64,000 bases of DNA, taken from contig NC_091291.1 in assembly GCF_032444005.1 (NCBI RefSeq), positions 18,476,001-18,540,000 on the forward strand, read 5' to 3'. The stretch's first letter is position 1. Every line of letters starts with the position of its first letter. The DNA is from Ranitomeya imitator (taxonomy: Eukaryota). Both the position numbers and the translations under genes were made by a program. The notes under the pieces are model-generated. The model ran no database searches. It worked only from the letters and a program-made list of their open reading frames with translations, and was not told the DNA's origin. Shown here piece after piece: positions 12,190 to 25,949 of the stretch.

Positions 12190-13551
12190 CTGTAGACTGA
12201 ATGCAACTGGTTATTTTATTGTGTAGTTTGTATATTATAGACGTATATTTGTAATTACATTATTCAGCACTTAATTGTCAGATAGACCTTAAGACTAATT
12301 CCATTTTTATGATTGAAGACATTGAAATTTAGTTGTTAAATTCCAAAAGTTGAAAAGCTGGTTTAACCCATGAGGTCAAGTACGGATGTCAGATAAATAT
12401 ATATCATTGATACTTTTTAGGAATTTATTACACTTATTGTAGCATGTTTTTCTTTTCAATGCACTTCTTCCCCTTCTTTCCATGATTTCACCCCATTACA
12501 AAACACCACCAATATTCTGTCCCCTTCTAACGTCATGTCTTCTCTTTTGCTCAAATTAAGTCTTTTAAAAACCAAACATCTTATGTTGCCCATTCTCTAC
12601 AAATTATAATATATTGTATACATGGTATTTAAATTTTGATGAAATATGGACATTTAGCTGTTTATTGTTTCCATTGTTTTATTGATGTTGCAGTGTACCG
12701 ACTAATGGATATATTAATTAATTGCCCCCTCTTCCTTTTTCCATCTTCCTTTTGAGTTTATGTTCTGCTATCATGTTCTATGATTTTAAAAAATGATCAA
12801 TAAATATTAAAATGTTATTTGTATTCATGTTTCATATCTATAGGTTATATACTCGTACCGTGAGTGAACTTGATGTTTCCAATTCAGTGGCAGTACCGCA
12901 ACTCTAGAAGAGCACGCACTTCAGCTTGTGGTTAGGTTTGACCAAGTTCTTTCCTTCTCTACCTATATTCAGATACTTGCACGTTGTCACCTGTACCTTA
13001 AAAATAAATCAGAATTTGCCCTTCCTTCACTAAGAAAAAAAGGAAAACCCTTGCACTAATTATTTTTGATTCTATCTTACCTCACTAAAAGACTGCTCAA
13101 AAATCCCCCTTCCAAATCTATCTTGAATGCAGCAGTCAGTCTCATCTCTTTGTCCAGCCACTACACCGACGACTCACTTTGTGTCAGCCACTGCACTGGT
13201 TACCCTTCCAGTATACAATATAATTTAAAGGACATCACTCTGAGCCACAAAGATTTCTGACTACCATCCTACTTGTGCTGCACCACCCTACTACTATTAA
13301 TTTTTGCTTACTACCTTACCAGTGGTCATCATAGTGCTTCACTGCTCTACATTTCTTTCCTATGTCCAAAGGCTGCTTTTTATAGAAGCCTCATCATGAC
13401 AATGACAACGGTCTTCAGCAGACCCCCAGCTGTCATGGTGTAAGAGTATGGCCGGGACTGTCATGTGCTTCTCTCTCAATAAGAAAACAGTCATATTTAT
13501 TGTATAGGAAAATACATTTTATTATGCATAGAACCTTATAGGCACCAAGGT

Positions 13552-13654
13552 GAGTACTCCTGGGGACCCACCACACCCGACGCACGTTTCACACTGAAAT
13601 GCTTCGTCCAAGTGCGAAACGCGCGTCGGGTGTGGTGGGTCCCCAGGAATACTC
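13552..13654. repeat. Near-perfect inverted repeat (39-bp arms), Penelope-like terminal sequence
   Basis: Arms 13552-13590 and 13616-13654 match at 37/39 with a 25-nt spacer. Each arm carries GAAACG[C/T]GCGTCGG. Confidence 0.7.
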
Positions 13655-14099
13655 CATTGGTAACTATACCCATGCTCATTATGTTATAACTTGTGCAATT
13701 TTTCATTGTTAGTTGTGCCTTCGTTTACATGGTCACACAAACACTATTGTATGTACATTTATTGAGAGCTGTAACCTATTGTTTATATGGTACTACTTGT
13801 TTGGAGGTATAACCTGGGCTACCCACCTGTTTTTTTGCCAGTACTTGTGGCAAGGTACCTAGCCTTTTATAGCTTTTATGGTGTTTAATAAAGTTTATGT
13901 ATATTTTACTGGCTCAGTATGAAGGTGTTTTTTTCGGTTTGTGTAGGTATAGGGCATAGAAAAAGGGTTTAGCTTTAGATATATATAAGATAGGACTGAG
14001 AACAGTGCAGTGGTCGGCACAATAGATTCAGGATGCAGATAGGAATAGTATAGGAAAGGTTAAAGTGTTCTCCACCAGCCCCAATATGGAAGGGGCAGT

Positions 14100-15504
14100 G
14101 GTACTTAAAAGGGGAACACTTCCTGCTTTAGATGAGCTGAGGAGATTAAATAAAAGTGTAGAGATCAGAAGTTGAAGGCCAGAAGGCTAGCGAGAACAAA
14201 AGATTATGGACAGTGTGGGCAGCATGAGAACGGCCGCGGCAAACTTCTGTGGACCTTCTGGGGATGCCTGGGACCTACAGCCTGAATTAGGCATGGAAGA
14301 GCCTGCCTTATTCTCTTCCCTCAAGGGGAAGCTGGATGGGAAACTACTTGAATGAATGTTGGGATGGGTTTCATGAGTGCTGGAGAGCCCGGTGGATTAT
14401 CCCAAGGGCCAGAGATGCCAGCCAGGATAGGAAAAGCTCAGGCTGAAATTATCGTAGCCACGTCTACATATTGTGCTATAATAACAATTCAACTTGGACT
14501 GCTCAGTAAAGTTAAACTGTTTGAAAATGACAAAGTGTCTTCTGTTGACTGTGCGGCTGTTCCTGGATCCGGGATCGTGGAGACAGCAGAGACCTCTGGC
14601 CAAAATGTGAGTGTTGTAGAATTCACACTAGGTTCAAGGAAAACAAGACACTATTTACTTGTGGGGTGCCAGGGTGTGGGAACAAAGCAGTTCCTTGCCC
14701 ATGACTACCGCCCTGTGCACCTTACAACGGCAATCAATTGGTGTCCAGTGATCGCATTGTAGGGAATCAGATGGGCATTTGGAATGGTGTTCCCCGAGGT
14801 CTGTGCTCTTTATATGCCATTGTCAGAGATTGACAGCAGCATTTAAGAGGTAAGCAGTGGGCAAAGCTCAGTTCTACCTGCTGCTGTTACAGGCAAATCT
14901 GGACTTATCTAATTCTCTGGTCCAAACTTCATTATCCAGATGAATTTGGGATATTATCACTGACCGCTATGTTCTTGATAGTTTAGATCCATCTTTGCCT
15001 GTTTGGCCTTATTCCACCAGATCAACTTCAGCCTAACAACTTGCATGGACAAATCTATGGAGCTGCATTGTGGTCCTCCAGTTCTTAGTCTTTTAAACTT
15101 CTCAGTGCAGACATCCTCTCTGCCGAGAGGTCGCCCTACGGCACAAACAGTGACTTCCTAGGTTTATACGCCTGTATGTTGTTGCTTTTACATCCCATAA
15201 TGTGCTTCTACTGTAGGACATCTAGGAAAGAATAAAATTTACTTACATGAAATTTTCATTTCCTTGAGGCCGTAGGCAGCAGTGGTTTCCTACCCATAAT
15301 TAATTCTTATTGCTGCATATTACACATGTTCTCTTTCTTGCTCAACTTTTTTGCAGTCATGCTTATTAACCTAATCGGCATGTTAAATATGTGTTTTATC
15401 ACTGCTTATTAACGTGTCTTACATCCAGAGCAGGTGTCCAGCGTTAACCCATTATGTGCTGCCCGCGGACTACAGGAAATAAATATTTCAGGAAAGTAAA
15501 TTTT
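14100..15504 (+). mobile_element. Degenerate DIRS-like (tyrosine recombinase) retrotransposon 3' relic
   Basis: Broken YR-like motifs YSTRSTSA* (15010-15036; cf. HSTRS) and QIYGAALWSS (cf. QIC.AATWSS). Imperfect 48-bp inverted repeats at 15234-15281 and 15457-15504 (AAAATTTACTTAC...). Confidence 0.6.
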
Positions 15505-17085
15505 ATGTTTTTTTTTAATGAAGGCGATTTTCCCATCCATAAAAGTGGAAGTCAGATATGCAGTACTGCAGATCCTCCTCGATTATTCTTAGCAAGGAAA
15601 AACAATGAATACCCTTTCGGGGGGCCATAAAAGTTGTTAATAAAATCTCAAACAAAAGGATTATATTTATTTTTATTTGAAATTGAAATTCAGTTGCAGT
15701 ATTGTAACAATATTGTTACACTCACATTGCTTCTATCGCCGCTCCCTAATGATGTCTCATTTCAGTGAGTAAGGTGGCGGAGATTAGATCAATGAAGTCT
15801 GAAGAAGTGGGATGTTGTAAGAGAAGCTGTCTTAATTCTGTATCGATGCTAGTGAAATCAATAAACATAATAATTTTACTCCAATAAAAAGACCTAAAGA
15901 TATTTTATTATTTAGACCCACCATCTCCCTTAGCATAAAAGGGGTACAGCAAGCACAAATATTACTTTGGAAACTATATGCAAGCCATAAATAGTGAGCG
16001 CTTACATATCCTAGTCACTATACAGTAATAGATCAGTTAGTTCCACACTTATTGGATGTCTTCTTTGCATACGCGCACAATGTTCACACGTATGGGCCCC
16101 ATTAGTATTGACAGTGCACTTCTAGAATCAAGAGTGGAGTGAGGATAAGCTCCATATACCCACTGAGTGAGATTAAAGAAGCACTTCTTCTTCCATCAAA
16201 GATTTAAGCTCTTAATATTTTGCAATCATCATATTATATAGCACTGTGTTCTTACAATTGCTCATTTTACTTTTTCACCCAGTTAATTCTTCTCTTTTCC
16301 ATTAGTTTTATGACATCACGTGATTAAAAATTTTCTAGCTGAATCCTACTAAGCTCTATATAGAAACAGGAAGTCAATTTCCCCTGTATGAGTCACAAGA
16401 CACGGCAAAAATCCACGTCAGAAGGGAGGGGAGGGCAGCTGGGTCAGGAGGTGAAGAGCTGTGTACCAACACTGCCTCTGACAAACACTCCTGATGTTCA
16501 CAAATAATTTATGAAGGCCAATAATTAAAATAAACTAACTCTTGACCCGTTAATTTTAGCCACTCCAGATAACGACCTGATGAAGCTGCTTCAGAGAATG
16601 TCAATAGGGTCCAAATCTGTCATTATAGTAAAAGGGGGGTACTTTTAGAAAACATAGATTTAAGACATATTTTAGTTTAAAGTAAAAAAAAAAGAGTTGG
16701 TGAGCACAGCAAAAGCATAAAGAATTGGGATGCTACTATTCCATACAAAAAAAGAACAGGGAAAGAAGGAGAGCTACATAAAAAATATAATGAACCCCAT
16801 CCCTATGATTATATTCAGTGGTATACAATTAATGTAAACGTTTCTAATATTGCCTATAGTTATAGACAATGATTATTTGATGCGTTTTTGTACCATTTGT
16901 GCACCAACAACCTATTTTAGGCTAGAGGTATTTTTTATAACAACAATAAAGCCTATTCATGTTTCGCACGGCTTCTTCTGCGTGTTTTGACTCCAGAAGA
17001 AGCTGGTTGAAACTCTCATCGAGGTGGAGGGACAAAGAGCAAGATCCTCTGCATATAGGGAGCTTCCACTTTATTTTAAGGTATA

Positions 17086-18718
17086 CAGTTAGGTCCATAT
17101 ATATTTGGACAGAGACAGCATTTTTCTAATTTTGGTTATAGACATTACCACAATGAATTTTAAACAAAACAATTCAGATGCAGTTGAAGTTCAGACTTTC
17201 AGCTTTCATTTGAGGGTATCCACATTAAAATTGGATGAAGGGTTTAGGATTTTCAGCTCCCTAACATGTGCCACCCTGTTTTTAAAAGGACCAAAAGTAA
17301 TTGGACAGATTCAATAATTTTTAAATAAAATGTTCATTTTTAGTAGTTGGTTGAAAACTCTTTGTTGGTAATGACTGCCTGAAGTCTTGAACTCATGGAC
17401 ATCACCAGACGCTGTGTTTCCTCCTTTTTGATGCTCGGCCAGGCCTTCACTGCGGTGGTTTTCAGTTGCTGTTTGTTTCTGGGCCTTTCTGTCTGAAGTT
17501 TAGTCTTTAACAAGTGAAATGCTGCTCAATTGGGTTGAGATCAGGTGACTGACTTGGCCATTCAAAAATATTCCACTTCTTTGCTTTAATAAACTCCTGG
17601 GTTTCTTTGGCTTTATGTTTTGGATCATTGTCCATCTGTAGTATGAAACGACGACCAATCAGTTTTGCTGCATTTGGCTGGATCTGAGCACACAGTATGG
17701 CGGCTCTGAAGACCTCAGAATTCATTCGACTGCTCCTGTCCTGTGTCACATCATCAATAAACACTAGTGACCCAGTGCCACTGGCAGCCATGCATGCCCG
17801 CGCCATCACACTGCCTCCGCCATGTTTTACAGATGATGTGGTATGCGTTGGACCATGAGCTGGACCGCGCCTTCACCATACCTTTCTCTCTCCATCATTC
17901 TGGTAGAGGTTGATCTTGGTTCCATCTGTCCATAGAATGTTCTTCCAGAACTGTGCGGCTTTTTTAGATGTTGTTTAGCCTTTTTGTTCTTGATGCTTAT
18001 GAGTGGCTGCACCATGCAGTGAACCCTCTGTAGTTACTTTCATGCAGTCTTCTCTTTATGGTAGATTTGGATATTGATCCGCCGACCTCCTGGAGAGTGT
18101 TGGTCACTTGGTCGGCTGTTGTGAAGGGGTTTCTCTTCACCATGGAGATTATTCTGCGATCATCCACCACTGTTGTCTTCCGTGGGCGCCCAGGTCTTTT
18201 TGCATTGATGAGTTCACCAGTGCTTTCTTTCTTTTTCAGGATGTACCAAACTGTAGATTTTGCCACTCCTAATATTGTAGCAATTTCTCGGAAGGGTTTT
18301 TTCTGTTTTTGCAGCTTAAGGATGGCTTGTTTCACCTGCATGGAGAGCTCCTTTACCGCATGTTTACTTCACAGCAAAACCTTCCAAATGCAAGCACCAC
18401 ACCTCAAATCAACTCCAGGCCTTTTATCTGCTTAATTGAGAATGACATAATGAAGAGATTGCCCACACCTGTCCATGAAATAGCCTTGGAGTCAATTGTC
18501 CAATTACTTTTGGTCCCTTTAAAAACAGGGTGGCACATGTTAAGGAGCTGAAACTCCTAAACCCTTCATCCAATTTTAATGTGGATACCCTCAAATGAAA
18601 GCTGAAAGTCTGAACTTCAACTGCATCTGAATTGTTTTGCTTAAAATTCATTGTGGTAATGACTATAACCAAAATTAGAAAAATGTTGTCTCTGCCCAAA
18701 TATATATGGACCTAACTG
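17086..18718 (-). mobile_element. Full-length Tc1 transposon with long TIRs and a frameshifted transposase
   Basis: TA-CAGTTAGGTCCATATATATTTGG...CCAAATATATATGGACCTAACTG-TA, with TIRs of about 220 bp. The transposase is split over ORFs 17997-18341, 17827-18015 and 17507-17809 ([26 protein letters not shown]). Confidence 0.95.
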
Positions 18719-18924
18719 TATATTCCTCACAAGTATATGTATAATTATCCTGCATGCAAGCACTTTTTAATGTCACAGAGTGATTTATACTTTTCCCTAG
18801 TGAGATACATGTACAATTTATCCAATTTGAACACGTTTGGTTTCACCTGTGTGAATTATGAGTATTTATATTTGTTTACATACCTCTGTTCCATTGTTCT
18901 GGCTATATCTATGTCCCTTATAAG

Positions 18925-19742
18925 TAGTAACATAGTAACATAGTAACATAGTAACATAGTTAGTAAGGCCGAAAAAAGACATTTGTCCATCCAGTTCAGC
19001 CTATATTCCATCATAATAAATACCCAGATCTACGTCCTTCTACAGAACCTAATAATTGTATGATACAATATTGTTCTGCTCCAGGAAGACATCCAGGCCT
19101 CTCTTGAACCCCTCGACTGAGTTCGCCATCACCACCTCCTCAGGCAAGCAATTCCAGATTCTCACTGCCCTAACAGTAAAGAATCCTCTTCTATGTTGGT
19201 GGAAAAACCTTCTCTCCTCCAGACGCAAAGAATGCCCCCTTGTGCCCGTCACCTTCCTTGGTATAAACAGATCCTCAGCGAGATATTTGTATTGTCCCCT
19301 TATATACTTATACATGGTTATTAGATCGCCCCTCAGTCGTCTTTTTTCTAGACTAAATAATCCTAATTTCGCTAATCTATCTGGGTATTGTAGTTCTCCC
19401 ATCCCCTTTATTAATTTTGTTGCCCTCCTTTGTACTCTCTCTAGTTCCATTATATCCTTCCTGAGCACCGGTGCCCAAAACTGGACACAGTACTCCATGT
19501 GCGGTCTAACTAGGGATTTGTACAGAGGCAGTATAATGCTCTCATCATGTGTATCCAGACCTCTTTTAATGCACCCCATGATCCTGTTTGCCTTGGCAGC
19601 TGCTGCCTGGCACTGGCTGCTCCAGGTAAGTTTATCATTAACTAGGATCCCCAAGTCCTTCTCCCTGTCAGATTTACCCAGTGGTTTCCCGTTCAGTGTC
19701 TAATGGTGATATTGATTCCCTCTTCCCATGTGTATAACCTTA
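18925..19742 (-). mobile_element. 5'-truncated CR1 LINE (RT C-terminus plus 3' tail)
   Basis: ORF 19049-19654 has CR1 ORF2 motifs (LYKSLVRPHMEYCVQFWAP, LEKRRLRGDLITMYKY, FFTVRAVRIWNCLP). The 3' end is four copies of an 8-bp tail repeat (TAGTAACA on +). Confidence 0.93.
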
Positions 19743-22700
19743 CAAGATTTACTAGTAAATCTTTGCTTTATATCAATTTAACCAAAATATACTGGCCTAA
19801 TAAAGGCACTTCCACTTCCAACAAACCCAGGGTTCCTCGGGTTCTGAGCCACATACCCAGGTTATGTATTGCCTCTATTTCTAATCTCTCCATTGTAGTC
19901 AGCACGTTGCACCTATGCACTAACCATTCAGCTGCTTGTTTGGGCTCATATTTAAGTGAATCCCTTTTATATATGGAAACTCCTTTTCCTTGTTATCTGG
20001 CACCTTATTGATTGCTTTTCTTCACAGTTCTAGTTTTTTCCATTCAGGATTAATCAAGTGGCTACACAATGTAGTGTCTATTAAGATTCCTTGTACAGTA
20101 ATAGAGTCCTATTGTTTGTCAGCACGTTGCACTTATGCATTAACTATTTAGCTGCTTGCATATGGCACTTTTTGATTACCATTACGATATCATGGGCATA
20201 CATTTGAATTGAATTCCTCTTATATATGGAAACTTTTTTCCTTTGTCACTTGGCACTTTATTGTTAGCTTTTTTGCACAGTATTTTTTACCTTTTGTCTA
20301 TTAAGGACTAATTAAGTGAACATACATTTTGTGTCTATTAAGATTTTTTGTGCAGTAACTGGGTCATACTGAAGTGCAGCTTTATATTCTGTTTTTCGGT
20401 TTGGGTGCATATTATGCATTACTTATTTATATTTATTAATTAATCTTATCATCCAATAAAATGTATTATTTTTTGTATCCCTTACCTTGGAACAGAATAC
20501 TGTGATTGTTGGAGTGGATTAAGCAAGCATTTTTTACAATTTATGTACTTCAAACACTTTGAGTGCAATACTCTGTGGTTTTTGTGGCTTTCTTTGTGTT
20601 GTTCCCCTTATTTTTATCTATGTATTGTACGTATATATGTAATAAACTGACGTTTTAATTTTCTACTTTGGCATTACTTCCGTTTTGTTTGTAGGTTTTC
20701 TTTGCTTTATATCATTTGTCACATTTCATAAAGATTTATTGACTTTATTTATTGGGTGGTTCACTTCTTGTTGTCCTCCTGGGGTTCATTTACTCCTGGG
20801 TTTTGTTGTTGTCTTACATTCTCAAGTTCTATTTTGTAATTATTTCTTATTGTTGTCTAATTTTTTTTATAGCATGATTTATTGAGCTTTTATACATTTT
20901 TTTATTTTTTTTGCCGTTTTGGCTTACAATGTTTTACATAAAATCACTTTGGTGTGGAGATCTCTTGTTTTTTTCCATTTACCTTGTTTTGATTGAAAAA
21001 GTCACATGTTGGTTACATTCCACGGAAACGCACAAAAACTCACGCAGTTTTTGACTTTTATTGGTATAGGATGTTTTACATCAAACTACTTTGATTTTGA
21101 GACTCCCAATTTGTTCATTTATTCAGTTTTGATAAAACGTTAGTGTAAAAGTCACGTTTGGATTACATGTATTTTTTACTGAGTTTCCGCAGCGGGAACG
21201 CACAAAAAAATATGTTTGGCTTTTCAAAATCTTATTCAAGTCTTTGGGGAAAATCCATGATCAATAGTATAAAAATTGAAAAACTGACATGGGTCAATGG
21301 GTATGTGTTGTATTCATGAAAAGCAGATGATTAACCAAAAATCACCAAAAATGATTCCTGCCTTCTTTTATTATAATATAATAAACTAAATTCTAAATAG
21401 AAATGATTAAAAAATCAGTTAGGAAAAAGCATATTAATGTGTGAAAAAATATGCAAATATTATGCTAATATGACTATCAATTAAAAATTACCATTTTGTG
21501 ATGATATGTTCTACGGAGTCTTCTGATAAAGTAGCAGTGTGTCCCCGGAGCTGCGTTCTTCTCGTTTCTCCGCCTGTGCATTAGAAGCATGCATAGTGCG
21601 AAGATCTCAGAGAGAAGCCGTGCCACCCACAAGATGGCAGTGTGCTTCCCTTGAAAGATAGTTACAAAAACAAAGGTTTGTAGATAGAGACTGTCCTTCA
21701 ATGTAGTCGGAAAATATCCAAAATAAGTATACAAATACATAAAATCATAGTTTTCATTTTTTAATATAGATCTTTGGAGAGGGGTACTCTTTAAGAGTGA
21801 GACCACATGCAGCAGATGGCCACATGCAACCAAATCTCTACTCACCATGATGCACGTTAGTCGCGTGACTCCTTTGCAAAGGATGGTATAATACAGATGG
21901 TTCAGCATCGGTTTCGGTCAGTTAAGCACGTGGGATTTCAGCTTCAAATCAAAAGGCTAATTGGCGATGTAGTTGAGGTAGAAGAGGTAGTGAATTGATA
22001 GGATGATGGGATTGATGACAACAGCTAGTCAACACTTGAGGATGCGGATTGGCCATTAGAAAGATATTAAGAAGGAGAAGGAGGACCTGTTGAGTCTTGT
22101 TTATGTTATTGGTCAATTTGCTTGCTCTACATGAGCAGGTGATGCCGTTTCATGGGCTGACTGAGATACAAAGATCCTCAACAGATCCTGCATACTAAAA
22201 TAGATTGGACCTTTACCAACATGGAAAAGAATTTCCATACTTATGATGCCTGCATGTTGGACTAAACATGAACAACTGAAAAAAGCTTTCTGGCACCGTT
22301 GAGCCTCCTACCATAACATCAGTCACTACATCACCTTCTCCGAGGTTGATCCTAGAAGATCTGTTGGCCGAGCATCAGCTCTGCTTTTTAATACCGACTC
22401 CACCACCATCCCCCTCTGATGAAATAAACTTATTGGCAAAACAACGTGGTTCCTAATTATCCACAGCATTATCTATAACTTACTTCACAGTAGTCTCATT
22501 ATAACAAATGCCTTAATGTGCCTGTCCCCACACCTCATTTCCACCTCTAGATTTGCCCTGATTCCAAGTGCACCTGCTACCACCATGGCATCATGTCCTC
22601 GACCTCCTCCTGCTTCTTGTCATCTGAGTACAAATGTTGAGTGTCTATCTCATCCAATACATCAAAATGTTAAGATTTTTTTTTAAATATCTTCTTTTAT

Positions 22701-23566
22701 CCCACAGGGTTCTGTGGGATATGAGACTAATGGCCTGAATGTATAAAGGTGTCATTGATACAATCAAAAGTCCACCATGAAAAATATTTGGTGTTTTGGC
22801 AGCAGATAAAGTGGATGGAGCAAAGCAGAACACATTACAAAAAACTGATTATGTCACTGCCAGAGGTAACATCCTCTTCCTGTGATTGAAATGAGCGATG
22901 CTCCATATACTCCACTTTGCTTTCTCCCCTACTACACTTTCCAAAGGCAAATGAGGGCAATTATAAACCTACGTTTGGTTCTACCACTGTTGGGACAGCT
23001 GGAGGTGTTGCTGCTGCTGGTTGTTCCTATGGTACTATCATGTCCAGTGCAACTTTCTAATAATCATACATTTTGGTCAAAATATTATTTACATTTCTGA
23101 AATGTTGAGATTTTACTCTTATTCTTGTCTTAAAAGTAAAAAAAAAATACAAAAGAAATGCAAAAATATATATTGCTTATGGCTTCTATGTTTGCAAAGC
23201 AGGAAGCACACTTTCTTAGACATAAAGGCCTTGGTTGCAGCATTTTTCTTTGGTAGGAAAATTATGTCTGGACATAAGCTGCCCTCCTTGTTTTGTAGTG
23301 CATAAAGAATGAAAACAAAATGGTATTATTAAGGTGCTGTACTGAAATATATCACAGATCAGTTACACAGACTCTGCAGCTCCTACAACTCCCTACCACT
23401 TGAATCTATGTATTACTATTATTAATAGACTTAGACATTTTCTATTTTCTTCAGCGTGCAGTAGTACACCAGTATCACATGCAGACCATTCGTTCCCTAT
23501 CTGTAATGCTGAGCTGTGCACTGACCTCCTATTCTTAGACTTTAAAACATTAAAATGGCCACTGCC

Positions 23567-24511
23567 TGTTAGGTGTCGAGTTCCCGCCTCTGCACAGGGG
23601 GAACCTCAAACCATCTCCGCTGTGGTCTCCCATTCTTCTCCAGCCACAGTGGAGACGTCGGTCCCAGCGTCTGGCTCAGCCTGATACTGGACGACTGGTT
23701 ACTACTGCCCTTCCAGGCTCTGCCTTTGTAGCCAGCACTGATCAGCAGCGAGCAGGTCTTTCTGGGACTGAGTCCTGCTTTTCCCATACTGAGCATGCCC
23801 ACGGGACGACCTCCCATTGGAGGTTGGGGATCACATGCTCAGGTCCTGTTGCGGCTCCTATTGGACCATCTGGAAGGTCTTGTAGCACTGCCGCTATAAA
23901 AGGTTTGCATGGCCCCTCGGCCATGCGCTAGTGTATACTTGAAAACGTGTGTGTGTTGATGTGTGAAAGTCGCTCATTAATTATCCCCTCCCTTGTGTAT
24001 GACTGCTCGCGTAAGGAGGATGATTGCTATCTAGCGCCCGACAGAGCCATCAGTACTTAACACACGATACAGCGTCTTATGGCAGTGACTGCCAGTGCTG
24101 CGCCGTGCGCTATTAGAGCGCTTTCCTGGCCCAAGTCTGGGTGGTTAGTGGCGTCCGCCAGAGCGGCACCGCACGCACTCTTGTGCATAAAAATTATTAT
24201 TTAAGTTATACTCTGACACCCACTAGCGATGTCGAGCGCAAGTGGTCTAGACGAACTCTAATCCTGAGTCTAGGGGTAGAGTTCTGTGACTCCATGCTTG
24301 CGCTCTTTGTGCGGTACCGCGACCCTGTGACGCAACAGGGTTCGCTTCCTTCACACAGGGTGAAGCTAACCCGTGTGTGTATCCACATTGTACCGCCATA
24401 TAGTCCATCATTACTCAGCAGCAGGTTCCATCTCTGCATGGTGGACCCCGGGCTGCGAACGCACCTTATACCATCTCTCTAATTATTTGGTGCGTTCCGC
24501 AAGCCCTAACA
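23567..24511. mobile_element. Solo LTR (945 bp)
   Basis: TGTTAG...CTAACA termini, with a 5-bp TSD CTGCC at 23562-23566 and 24512-24516. Confidence 0.85.
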
Positions 24512-24875
24512 CTGCCTTCAATGTCATCATCTTTTATAGCGCCTGTGATAGTCACTTGTAATTGGCTGAAGAAGACCATGTGATGTGATAGCTGCAAGGC
24601 ATTATGGGGAAACTTCCAGTTGCCCCTGATCTCATGTTCGAATTAGCTGGTAAGGAAAGATAGGAACGCAGGCCTAATATTGTGGGTGCAATACTTCCTC
24701 AAGCAACCCGCCAAAAAGCCTCCAAGTATAAAAAATACAGTGAAAGCAGCACTCCGATAGAAATAAGTGAAAAATTGGACTTTATTCACACAGATATCTT
24801 TTTCGATTTGAGTACTACTTCCACTAGTATCTCCCTCTCTCTCCATTTCTCTTTCTTTCTCTCTCTGTATATTTA

Positions 24876-25620
24876 CAGTATCTTGAATAACTATTGATAC
24901 CCCATGAATTTTTCCACATTTTTTCATATTACACCCACAAACTTAAATGTATTTTATTGGAATTTTATGTTACATACCAACAAAAAGCAGCAAGTATTTG
25001 TGAAGTGTAAAAGAAATGATATAGGGTTTTCAAAATACTTTGAAAATATATATTTAAAAATTGTGAGGTGCATTTGTATTCAGCCCCCTTGAGTCAATAC
25101 TTTGTAGGACCACCTTACACTACAAATACTGCCGCAGTGTTTTGTCTCTATTAATTTTGAAAATCTGGAGGTGACATTTTTGCACATTTGCTCTAGGTCA
25201 ATGAGATTGAGTGGAGACATCTGTGAATGGCAAGTTTCTAATCTTGCCATAGATTCTCAATGGGATTTAGGTCAGGACTGTGACTGAGCCATTCACATAC
25301 ATGAGTACGCTTTGATCTAAACCATTCATTGTAGCTCTGTCACAATGTTTAGGGTCATTGTTCTGCTCCAGTCTCAAGGCTTTTGCAGCCTCTCACAGAT
25401 ATTCCTCCATGATTGACCTGTATTTAACTCCATCTATCTTCCCATAAACTGTGACCAGCTTCCCTGCCCCTGCTGAAGACAAGCTTCCGCACAGCATGAT
25501 TCTGCCACCACCATGTGTGATGGTGTGGATGGTGTTTTCAGGGTGATGTGCAGTGTTAGTTTTCAGCCACACATAGCATTTTGCATTAAGCCCAAAAAGT
25601 TCTATTTTTGTCAAATAAAA
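24876..25620 (-). mobile_element. Truncated Tc1 element
   Basis: TA-CAGTATCTTGAATAACTATTGATACCCC TIR, and transposase fragment 25393-25614 (KIELFG...[10 protein letters not shown]). Confidence 0.8.
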
Positions 25621-25949
25621 CCAAAGAAGAATATTTTGGGCTAAATGAAAAACGCTATGTGGTGTTGCATATGTTGATTGTAAACGGAAGCTAAACTCAG
25701 AAAGGGGATGAGCTGCAGTACTAGATGTGGACTATCGACAAGGGCGAGGCTGTATCTGGAAAAAAAAAACATGCTCAGTAATCCTTAGCAATACTTTTCT
25801 TTTAATATCTGTACATTATTTGTTACAATATATTTTAAATTTCATGATATAATTTTTTAATAATAATGACCATCTTATAATACAATAATAGTTATTAGAT
25901 TGTTCTTTTTTTTTTCATTTTATGTTATATATACAAGTGTACAATTATT

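Noticed and set aside
15700-16150. Possible Penelope GIY-YIG endonuclease relic on the minus strand
   Set aside because: Only faint motif resemblance by eye, too degenerate to support without a profile search.
19056-20011. Plus-strand ORFs of 215 and 102 aa
   Set aside because: Antisense shadow of the CR1 RT fragment and adjacent non-coding DNA.
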